This document shows positions 53,355 to 64,000 of a DNA stretch of 64,000 bases, piece by piece. The position numbers were made by a program, and so were the translations under genes. The stretch is from Batkoa obscura (Eukaryota), in NCBI GenBank assembly GCA_030770535.1, contig JASVEC010000017.1, forward strand, positions 372,001 to 436,000. The letters run 5' to 3'. Position 1 is the stretch's first letter. Each line of letters begins with the position of its first letter. The notes under the pieces are model-generated. The model worked only from the letters and a program-made list of their open reading frames with translations. It did not search any database and had not been told where the DNA came from.

Positions 53355-55393
53355 AACATATAATTAAAAAAATAAAATAAATGAATAAAATAAATGAATA
53401 AAATAAAATAAGTCTTTTAAGTTAAATTTTATATTTAATTTTAAGCTTTTTAAATTTAGCTAATCATGGATTAAAGACTTACAAATTTAAAAACTTAATT
53501 TAGATTAATTTCTAATTAAATTCTGAAACCAATTCGGACAATCCCTAATGGTTATTAAAGTGATTCTGGCATAAAATAAATCCAAACTTGTTACAATGTC
53601 TCACTTTTTATTACAACAAAACCTTGAAGTTTATTTCTTTTAAGCATAAATTAAAGAGATAAGTTTAACTGGCATAAAAAAGTAATTTTAAAAATCAAGT
53701 TTTCAAAATAACACCAAAATCATTCAAATTAGATCAATTTAAATAAAACTATGAAAGTTTATTTTTCATCAGTTAAATTTATAATTCAACTAAATTTAAT
53801 CCTTGAGATAGTATTTTGATAGCTTATAGACTTTATTTTTCATATCAAAACTAATATCAAAATTTAAATTCACAATAGCAAGCAATAAAAACAATAGACC
53901 ATAAATTTAAAGACCATACTTTAAAGTTAAGTTTTGAAAAAGCAATATTGAGAGGATTTATAGTTTTATCAATCCAACATTAGTAGAATAGGTATAAAGG
54001 TTTTAAAACCAGACAAATATATCGTATTTATAAAAGTAAACTAAACGATGTATAAATATTTATCTAATAGTTAGCCCCTTTACCACAAATAAATTTAAAA
54101 CAAGTCATAAATAAATACATTTTTAAAGTAATTTGAATCTAAATCTTATCTAAAATAAAATTTTAATTGCTATAAACAATTTTACTAAGCCAAGCCATTT
54201 ACTATAACAAAAAAGTCTTTAATTTTAATGTTTTTCTAATTAGAAAAAAGCAATTATACGCATACCAAAAGAAATCCCATTTAGTAAATATGCACCAAAA
54301 TAACAATAGAGAAGTATAAAAAGCTTTATACAGACAGACACACAATTGTTTTAATGCATGAAAATTATATAAAACATTTTTTCTTTTATTATTTAAAATA
54401 AATATTTTATAAGTGCTTACGTTTTATTACTATCATTTTTATTAACTGTCTTTTTTAATGTTAATTTGTTATTTTATTTCATTTTGTTTTATTTTATCCT
54501 ATAAAATAGTCTTATTTATTAATAACTATAGTACAATTTACTAGTTATAAATTACATATATTGAATCACATTATTGATTTTAAAACTTTACATAGATTTA
54601 ATTATATATGACACCAGTATCTTTATGTTTAATAAAACAATTATTATGAAGGTCCTTGTGTTTATTATCTTATATAGTTTATCTTAGTTAATTTTTTTTT
54701 CCTAGTTTTTAATTGAAAAAAAATACAAATTATATTACCCCTATTATAAAAAATTTCAAGTAGTTTTTTAATAATATCTTATTAATATTTTTTTACCTTA
54801 GTTTTGGCAAAACTTTGAAAATATCAATTTAGTGTATAGTTATCAACATTTTAGCTAAGTTAATTTAGATAAATATGATAATTTAATTTGCTTTGTTTTA
54901 TAATCAATGATGCCGAAAAGAAACGGGGGTAAACCGGGGTGTTTTTTCTATACAACATAAGCGGTTTTTTTAGTAACATTACAAACTAAGTATCTATAAG
55001 CTAAAAGATGGCAAATGGAGAAATTTATCCTATAAAAGCTTGCATTATTTTATACCTTAGTTTTCTTAAAATTTTAACTATAAAATACCATTTTTATTTA
55101 CTCTTTTAAACTGTTTTATTGGTTTTAGGATAATAAAGGGTAGAAGTGGGAGTGTCTAATAAACATCAAACTAGCTAGTTTAAAAGCATTAAATCAATAA
55201 AATTAGTAGTGTTATTTATTGATATTATTTAGAGACTTTTATATTTACAACATATATATAAAAAAGCCTAGTTTAGAACCACTCTAACTTTAATCTATTT
55301 TTCTCAAATAATTGATAGCTACAATAATGTATTTATTTCTTTTGACTAAAAAAATTTAAGCTTTAGGTATCATCAATTGACATTAACAATAAT

Positions 55394-55490
55394 GTGGATG
55401 TATTTTTTTGTTCAAGAATTTTTACTGACAACCTTTTCCGCTCAAATAACGCCTAAAAAATGGAAAAATAATGAAACCAAAAAAAACATC
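55394..55490 (+). mobile_element. ~98-bp MITE (degenerate ends)
   Basis: Family consensus. Confidence 0.8.
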
Positions 55491-58400
55491 ATATGTTTTC
55501 ATAATGATATGAGTTTTTTAGAAAGCAGAATATTTGCAGATGATTTTGTAATTGTTAATATATGAGATAATCTCAATAAAAATTTAATATACAAAATCGT
55601 AATTACTTTTAATATATTTATAAAAAGTATTATCTTGGACAATAGTGTCCTATGCGTATTTAGCAAGCCATCGAATCAATTCATGTTGTGATACACTACT
55701 TATCTTTATTACCTAAAAAGTTATAATGATTATTGTTAATAGAGGAGCACAGCAGATGAATTTTAGATAGTCTATTATAGAGGAGGGCATTAGCATTTTT
55801 GTAATTTTTACCAGGTTTATAAATAGATGTCAAGATTGTATGGATTTTATAACTGAGGCTTATTTTCTGGATTAGTTTTATAAGAGTATAACCCATTTTA
55901 AGAAAATATAATATACAATCACTATAAACTATAAGGTAAGTTTTATGCATATAAAACGTAAACATTTTAATAGTAGTATAGTTCCTTGTATTTTAATAAA
56001 GTTATAGATATTTAAGTAATAGGATATTTATAGTTATTTTTAATTGAAACTTTACTTATAGCAATTAAAGTAGCGTCTATCTATATATGCCAAAAATAGT
56101 TTATTAAAATTGGAAAATAGCAATACAAAGGTCAAAGGCTGTTTTAGTAGTTTATTGCAAGGTTTTCAAATACTTTTTAATGTTCTGTTTTTTATATAAA
56201 TTTGGCTCCCTCTTTTTAAGTAGTTGTTTGAATAATGGAGAAAGCAATGTTAAAGTTTTTGATAAATTTTTGGTAGTAATTTATCAATTTTAAAAAATTT
56301 ATATCTCAAAAACTCAAAAAACGCTAGCCTTAGAAGAAAAAATACTTAATACTTAAGTCATAAAATAACTAATAGCTATATTTTATAAAGAAATTCAGTC
56401 AAAAAAGAAATTATAACTTATTTTTTAGAACTTATGACTGAAAAAATTAACATCGATTGAATTTATTAAGTATTGATAAATAAGCACTTAAATTAGTAAT
56501 TATACATATATTAGCAGTTTCAAAAATATCCGAGCAATTCGTATCTAGTTTAAATAAAGTTAGAGTCCCACTGTTAACTATAATATAGATGTATTTTTTG
56601 TTAATGATTCTATTTATTTGTATAAATAGAGTTAATAGAATTTACTCTATTATTTAAATTTTGGTATTAACTAACAATATCTTTAAAACTAAAAAGCTAA
56701 TGCTTATACACTTTTGGTAAAGATAAAGAGTTTGTTCAATGCAATTTAGGAATACTAATGTTAATTGACCATTAGTCATGGTATTGTCTAATTTTATTTA
56801 AGTCTCAAATAACCAAATAATATAAAATTTAGCGATTTTATTTATTATTTCAGAATCAGGAGCATTAGAATTATTATTAAATTAAGTGGCAGCAGGAGAG
56901 ATGGGTCATAAACTTTAAAGCTTTGATAACAAGGGTGCTTTTTTAAAAGTGTATCATTATTGTCTAATTAGTAATGTTAAAATAAGTTTTAATGGTCAAA
57001 CTCAGAAAAGGTGTTAATCTCATAATTTAAGAAGTTATCATTATGATAAAAGTCGGAAGTAATTTCTAAAATTTGTAAAAAAGATATTCTGATTTTCCCT
57101 CTACATAAAAGTTTTATCACTTTTGTCAGAGTTATCAAACTTTCTAATGTTATTTATACTAATACATTCTACTTAAGGTGGGTAGGTCAATTTGCTTATC
57201 AATATTAAAAAGCTTATTCATAAATATTTTTATAGCAGAATTTAAGAATATTATTTTCAAGCTTAGGTTCAAGATATTTAGCAACCATGTAACTGCTGTA
57301 TTTTTATCACGTTTTAATATCCAGAAAAATTTTAGATTTTTACAAAATAAATAATGTTATTAAATAATAGCAAAAGCAGTAAAAAAAGATGTTTGTTATT
57401 ATTTAGATTTTTGTCAATATAATTGGTATAGTATTTTGCTTTTTTAACCTTGCTTTTTAGGTTGCAAAAGTAAAGTTCAAGGATTTTAATCATCTGGGGT
57501 ATATATACTGTAAATATTGTAATACGGACCTATAAAAAAGCTAGCAATAAAAATAAGCAAATTTCCCTAAAAAGCTAGATATAAGTTAAGTTAGTATAGG
57601 CAGTAGTTCTTTATAAAACACTAAAGGCATTAAAAGTAGTGCAATTCTTAATATTTTTGATAAAACTTTTAAGCTTATTTTTATTATCTTAACCTTTAAG
57701 AAAATGCAGCTTTTTTAGCTTTCAGGCTTGACTTAAGAAGAGGATCAAAATGGTTAATAAAAATAGAATAGTCTTTAAAATATTTCAGTTATTCATGAAT
57801 AATCTAGTAAGGTAGGTAGGTTCGTGGAACTAAAAAAGCAACTCATTATTAAATAATTATCACATCAAACATTGAAAACAAAATTTACAAGTCTGATTGT
57901 TGTTAGCATTAAGAGATGGGCTTTAAAGAGCGCTTTAAGGAATACAATATTATAATAGTAATAATTTGATAAAGCTAACCTTATATTAGATTTGAATAAA
58001 TTGTTAATTAGTATATATATTGGTATTGTTGTTAGAACTATTTATGGGATTTTGGTATAAATAACCATTATTATATATATTTATTATTAAAATTATGAAA
58101 TAACCCCCCATTTTAATTATAAAACATCCTTATGAAAAAGTTAGCTAAGTGCATTAGATTTAAAAGGATGTAAATTCGATAAAAACTGTTTGTAACATAA
58201 TATTAAAAAATCTAAAATTAGGATCAGTATAAAATATAGTGCAAAACGGGGTTAGCTATTAAATAGATTACCAAAACTAATTTTAGGATAAGCAGGCATA
58301 TTATATGGCCCAATAAGTTATATATTAGCATCAGTAGACAGGTTTTTCTAATGATATATATTATAAGTAAATATCATTTTACAAATAAGTAGACTAAACA

Positions 58401-58827
58401 TGAATTAACTTTGATGCAATTGTTTTTTTCAGTTTTGAAAGTAAAAATCTGGTAAATATATTATAAAATTTAAATTTAACAATAAACTCAGTATTTGATA
58501 TATCATACTGTTGTTACCAAAATTGTACATAATACATCTGTATGGTTTATAATAATTAAACATGCTAATATAAAAAGCTGAAGTACCAATCTTTTTTTGT
58601 AGTCATCATATGTATGAAGGCTCAATTAGATTTGAAGCTATTTTAGATTAAAGATTAAAAAAATCTAAAAATTAAATGCTACATTTTTTTCTAGTTTAAT
58701 ATTAATTACAGCTTGTTTGTTTTAATCTATTTTAACTTATTATTAAAAGTAATTTAAATAGTTAACTGTAACAGATTACTAGATAATTTAGTCACTGTAA
58801 GCAGCTAAAGACCTTGCTTTGATATAT

Positions 58828-58928
58828 GGGGATGTATTTTTGTGTTTAAGAATTTTACTAACAATTTTTCTGCTCAAAATAGTAGCGCTTAAAAGATGAT
58901 AAAGTGATAAAGCCAAAAAAACATCCTG
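58828..58928 (+). mobile_element. ~98-bp MITE
   Basis: Family consensus; ATAT TSD. Confidence 0.82.
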
Positions 58929-59763
58929 ATATGTATTATACTATTATCATAAAAGGTAAGGGGATGTTTACTTGTTTAATACAAGTTAAACGATTATTGA
59001 TATTTTTGTAATATACAAATAATAGAAAGTCGAATCCACTAAAAACAATTTTAGCTTTATTATTAAAATTTTGGATTTTCTCATTTAACAACTTCATTAA
59101 CTTCTAAAAAATAGTTAGCCTTATCTAAAAAATTATTACTTTTAGAATAAAAAGTGGTATTATGCTTATAAAACTCAGGTTTAAAGTTTCCAACTTCTTT
59201 AACCAAGCTTTTGTGTACTTTGTAGCTGATAGTATTATTATTTTTAAATAAGTTTAATGAGTTAATTAACTCAGGATTGCATATATTAAGCAAAAGTGTG
59301 TTTAATAGTGTTTTAAAAAATCTGAAGTAAAGCAGTTAAACCATAGTGCTACACGAAGATATAGTTAATTTCTTTAACAGATTTAATAAGTTGTTCACAA
59401 AAGACTTTTTATTAAATACTGTTTAGGCATAGGATATATAAGTATTATCTGATAATTTATATTAAAATTAATCAAGCTGCTATTAATATTGTTTTTAGTA
59501 CTGCTTAAAAGCAAAAATGTTGTTATTAAAAATATCTATGAGTAGTATTAAAAGTATATATGCTTTTTATATTAAATTTTAATAAACCAGGCTAATTTAA
59601 AGCTATAATGGTCTGGTTTAATTACGATAATAAGACGATGTATTTTTGTGTTTAAAGAATTTTTACTAACAATTCGCAAAATGAAAGACAAAACTGATAT
59701 TTTTTACAAAAAATAATTAAGTGAAGTGGGTTAAAGTAGTAAGTTTAAAGATTTGATTATACT

Positions 59764-59977
59764 GGGGGTGTATTTTTTTGTTTAAGAATTTTACTAACAA
59801 TCTTTCCGCTCAAATAGTGCTTAAAAAATGGAAAAAACAAATGAAACCAAAAAAAACACCCCCCTTTTATATATACGGGTGCTTTTTTTGGCTTCATTAT
59901 TTTTTCCATTTTTTTAAGCGTTATTTGAGCGCGGAAAGATTATTTAGTAAAATATCCTTAGATAAAAATACATCCCC
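59764..59977. mobile_element. Tail-to-tail MITE pair (59764-59864 +, 59877-59977 -)
   Basis: Two consensus copies in inverted orientation ~12 bp apart. Confidence 0.85.
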
Positions 59978-60475
59978 ACATAAAAAAGTATGAGGGTACT
60001 ACTACTGGGGTATAATAGTTATAAAATCTTTTTTAATTATAAGCATTAAATATAAAATTTAGTGCTCAAGAAAAAAGGTTATATAAAAGTCTTTTAGTCA
60101 ACTATTTAGTATTAAACTATTATGAAATTTTATATAAAAATTTGCAAAAATAATAAAAAGTGCTTTAAAGTCTGGTTGTTTTATATTAGTTATAAAAAGC
60201 TGAAAGTTAGAAAGAAAGTTTGTAATAATTTATTGAAAAAATATATAAAATATTAAAAAAGTTATTTAATAAAATTTAAACTTATATTAATAAGCAGTAA
60301 GTAAAGGAAAATAATAATCGTATTAAAATACTACCCAATATAGCTAAAAATATATATATGGTATTTAAGATTTAGTTACATAATAACATTTTATATTTTA
60401 TATAGTGACGATTATTACTTGCACCATTCATTATAACCTTAAGTAAAGCCGATAATCAGCAAGTTTTTTTTGTTT

Positions 60476-60942
60476 TGTGAAAGAAATATTGCTTTATTTA
60501 GCTCTCAGATTGATTATAACATAATCGATCACTTAAGTTGTTGTGTTCTCAAGTTCAAACACAATCAAACCAGAGTCCCTTATTTTGATTTGCTGCGAGA
60601 ATTTCTAACTTCATATTGCAAACAATATTATCTCCTTTTAATATCCATACTTATTGGAGTATAAAAGAGATTCTTCAATATGATAACTCGAGGCTTTTTA
60701 ACTGAATTACTCCCTGATATCGCACTATTAATAAAGCCACTAAGTCTTTCTGACAACATCTTACATAGATTTTACAGTAGTATCTTCTATTCTATTTGTT
60801 TTACATAGTTCGTAACTTATTACGTATTATTCTTATTTATTTAAATCTATCTTAGTTATATAAACTAAGACCTTTCGACTCAAGGCAAGTTAATCAAGCA
60901 AGAACTGCTTTTAACTCCTACCACTAAGTACCAATTTTCACA
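60476..60942 (-). mobile_element. Solo-LTR-like element, young copy
   Basis: GTTT TSD; nearly identical to 52472-52934. Confidence 0.8.
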
Positions 60943-61004
60943 GTTTAGACGGTTAATTTATGTAGTTAGTATCATTTTATTTAAAATATTTTTAATTAAG
61001 ATAT

Positions 61005-61102
61005 GAGAGGTTGTTTTTTTTGATTTCATTGCTTTTTCTATCTTTTAAGCGCTATTTGAGCGGAAAGATTGTTAGTAAAATACTTAAAAAAAATACATCC
61101 CC
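61005..61102 (-). mobile_element. ~98-bp MITE abutting Sola-like copy 2
   Basis: Family consensus; ATAT on both sides. Confidence 0.88.
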
Positions 61103-61106
61103 ATAT

Positions 61107-63183
61107 GGGGGGTGTCTGAATTAGTTTCATTTTTTATCCAATTTTTAAATTATTTTTATTATAATTTATATTGTCAATTAGCGGAATTTTTATTAAATTT
61201 AATATAAATCTCTGAATTAGCAAGTCTTTTACCAATATAGCCTATATAGTGATAGTAATTAAAGTTGTAATATGTAATACGTAAATAAATATTTATTATT
61301 AACTGCTTTATAGCCAACACTATAGATTTACTATCAAATAAATAAATTATTTTAATATTATAATTACATTATCAATATATCGCTAAGTTAATAAATAGCT
61401 GCATGGGAGGGAGTGGTTAGCTCCAAAACTATAATTAACCATCCCTATGTAATACAAGCAGTATAATAATAGTTTTTACTTATTATTACAACTACTTGCT
61501 CTTTGACTATTTATTAACTTAGCTATCAATAATTTAAGTAATATCAACATTTAATAATTGATTTCTATCATCTAATAAGCTACTTACTTGCTTACTAAAT
61601 ATTGAAACTTTTAAATTTTCAGTTATTTTTGTAAGATAAGCTGGGGTTGACCTTTTAATTTTTCTATCCTCTATAGACTCTATAACTTTAATTGTAATTA
61701 TATCGCTTTTTTTTGATCTATCAGATACTGGATAACAGTGTAGTTTTTTATCACGTTTAATAAAATGTAAATACTTTTTAATACCTTTTATTTTTATTAT
61801 TTTTTTTGTATCTTTGTTTCTTTCATACTTTTTAAAAATTATATTTATTTTCAAATAACTTTTTTCTAACTGTATACTGGGCACATATATTACATAAATC
61901 TGTTTTTCTTGCTGGATTTTTAAAATCATTTGGTATATATTTGAAAAATGTTGACCTAGCTACTGCTTTATCTTTTAAATCATTAAAATACTTACTGTAT
62001 ATCATTCTTCTACTTTTATTTAATATATATATATTATCTGACGAATATTTATCATTATTTTTTTTATTGAATCTTGATGAAATAGTTGAATTATCAAGTA
62101 AATATTGTATAATAATCTCGATTTGCTCATCTTTAATTTTTTTTGTATTTTTGATAGTAGGTCGTAACGTTGGTATTTTATTATTATTAGTTATTTTTGA
62201 ATAATCATATTGATTTTTACTTATATTAAATCCAAAACTTTTACATTCATCAAAAGAATATACTGAAGCTATAGTCGATAATAATGCTACTTGTTGGTTT
62301 TTATTTCCTGTTTCCCTTAAAGTACTAATTTTATACATTGCTTGATTAAGTTTGTTATTATTAATAGTAAAATTTAATAATATTTCTTTTCTTTTTTTTG
62401 TTTTATTATAAAATTCCATAAACTCTGGGTTATTGTGAATAGTTGTTAAAATTGATGTAAATGAATTACAATGTTTATATAATGTGCTTCTCCCTACCGT
62501 ATTAAAGTCTTTAGAAATTCCATTTCGAAGTTTAGTTATAAAAGCTTGCATTTTGTTTTTGTTTTAACAAAAAATAAAGTTAAATAACTATATAATTATA
62601 TATTATATAGCTATTGAATATTTAATAAAAAATACAAAACACTGTGAAATATCGTTTCATCATCTCTGTGATTGATTATCGCATAATAATCACTTAACTT
62701 GTTTACAAAACTAGTTGAGTGTAAAATAGATTCTTCAACATAATAGCTCAAGGCTTTTTAATTAAATTGTTCCCTAATATTTTACTTTTAATAAAGCCAC
62801 TAAATCTTTCTGATAATATCTTATGTAGATTTTATAGTAATATCCTGTATTCTATTTATTTTACATAGCTCGTAGCTTATTGCGTATTACTCCTATTGAT
62901 TTAAGTCTATCTTAGCTATATAAACTAAGGCCTTTTGACTTACGGCCAGTTAACTAAGCTAGAACTGCCTCTAACTCTAATTACTGAGTACTAACTTTCA
63001 CAAACATATAATCAAAAAAATAAAATAAAATAAAATAAATAAAATAAGTCTTTAAGTTAAATTTTTATATTTAGTTTTAAGCTTTTTAAATTTAGCTGAT
63101 CATACATTAAAGACTCACAAATTTAAAAACTTAAAATTTGGATTAATTTCTAGTTAAATTCTGAAACCAATTCGGACACCCCC
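61107..63183 (-). mobile_element. Sola-like DNA transposon copy 2 (both ends complete) with nested solo-LTR-like 62643-63002
   Basis: ~22-bp TIRs GGGGGGTGTCTGAATTAGTTTCA / TGAAACCAATTCGGACACCCCC; ATAT TSD on both sides. Confidence 0.85.
61534..62551 (-). pseudogene. Split transposase-like ORF (239 aa plus overlapping 131-aa +1 frame)
   Basis: Translations identical to copy 1 except residues ~9-19. Confidence 0.6.
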
Positions 63184-63578
63184 ATATTATTGTTAAACAT
63201 TTTAAACTTGAGTCTGAAAAAAGTATTTGTAATAATAAGCACTTTAACATTAATAAGAAAAGTAGTTATTTTAAATATAATAATATTAAAAAATCTAATA
63301 ATTCTGATAATAAATTAAAAAACTTTTAACTAGAAGGAAATAAACTTTTTTTATATTAATTTAAAAATTATTTCTGATTTTTATTATAATAGTAACTTAA
63401 ATTATAAAATTAATACTTTTAAGTTTGATTTAATCTTTATTTTAATATTATTAACCAGATAATGTAATAAATTTTAAAAAAAAGATTTTATTATCAAAGT
63501 CTTAAAACCAAACTATATTTGAAAACTTATTTATTTATTTAAAATTTTAATAATAATCTTTTTGGTTAAATAGCATTT

Positions 63579-63720
63579 GGGTGTGTTTTTTTTGGTTTCA
63601 TTATTTTTTCCATTTTTTAAACGCTATTTGAGCGGAAAGATTGTTGGTAAAATTCTTAAATAAAAAAATACATCCCCATTTAAAAAAAGGAAAAAGTGAT
63701 GAAGCCAAAAAAACACTCCC
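63579..63720 (-). mobile_element. ~98-bp MITE (63579-63677) plus a partial copy
   Basis: Family consensus; ATTT TSD. Confidence 0.85.
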
Positions 63721-64000
63721 ATATCTATTTGCTTCCTGTCGCTATTTAATTTATTGATAATATTAATATTTTTAATTTTAAAATAATAAACAAAATTATT
63801 AAACTTTATATTATTTAGTTATTTAACTTGTTTGAATTATTTTTAATTTAAAAAAATTGTATAACACCTATTATAATTAGTTTTTATTTTATTAATAATA
63901 TAAAACTAGCTTCTACTTTTAAAAATGTTATTGATAAATATCAAAACAAAAAATAAATATTATTCTTAAACCCTAAATACCAGAGCAAATTTTAATAATT

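Larger units (their letters stand above)
50893..53545 (-). mobile_element. Sola-like DNA transposon copy 1 (non-autonomous) with two nested solo-LTR-like insertions (52472-52934, 52982-53354)
   Basis: TIR GGGGGTGTCCGAATTG.TTTCA / TGAAACCAATTCGGACA; contains split ORFs; colinear with 61107-63183. Confidence 0.8.

Noticed and set aside
54920..54948. GC-rich patch GGGGGTAAACCGGGGTG (also 18455-18485) as a Helitron 3' hairpin
   Set aside because: Poor stem, no adjacent CTRR end, single occurrence
7395..59993. Short ORFs containing FFKRYLS or QIVLKKWK (7395, 10258, 15513, 22578, 32346, 47465, 55377, 59778)
   Set aside because: Read-through of the non-coding MITE
2727..63677. Dispersed ~98-bp repeat as a CRISPR array or SINE
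   Set aside because: Eukaryotic context, irregular spacing, both orientations, terminal inverted repeats with 4-bp TSDs, no Pol III boxes or poly(A) tail

Overview
AT-rich eukaryotic DNA with short (~45-80 nt) GT-AG introns, most consistent with an early-diverging fungus (Conidiobolus/Entomophthoromycotina-like; this is inference). Left ~44 kb, gene-rich: three 7TM GPCR-like genes, a Ras GTPase that needs a 2-nt microexon to stay in frame, EMC10, and a signal-peptide-bearing DJ-1/PfpI (isocyanide-hydratase-like) gene plus its pseudogene. It also holds three Zn/NADP alcohol dehydrogenases (one with a nonsense codon, two sharing a gene-conversion tract), a P450 pseudogene, a kelch membrane protein, two MATE transporters, tRNA-Ala(AGC) and NSRP1/CCDC55. 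Right ~20 kb is a nest of transposons. Three repeat families run through the window. (i) A ~98-bp MITE with GGGG(A/G)TGT ends and 4-bp AT-rich TSDs, about 31 full copies. (ii) A 2.1-2.65-kb Sola-like DNA element with the same bipartite ends that encodes a split transposase-like ORF. (iii) A 360-500-bp TG..CA solo-LTR-like element, 9 copies. Nested insertions, empty sites and inverted duplications allow their history to be read from the sequence.
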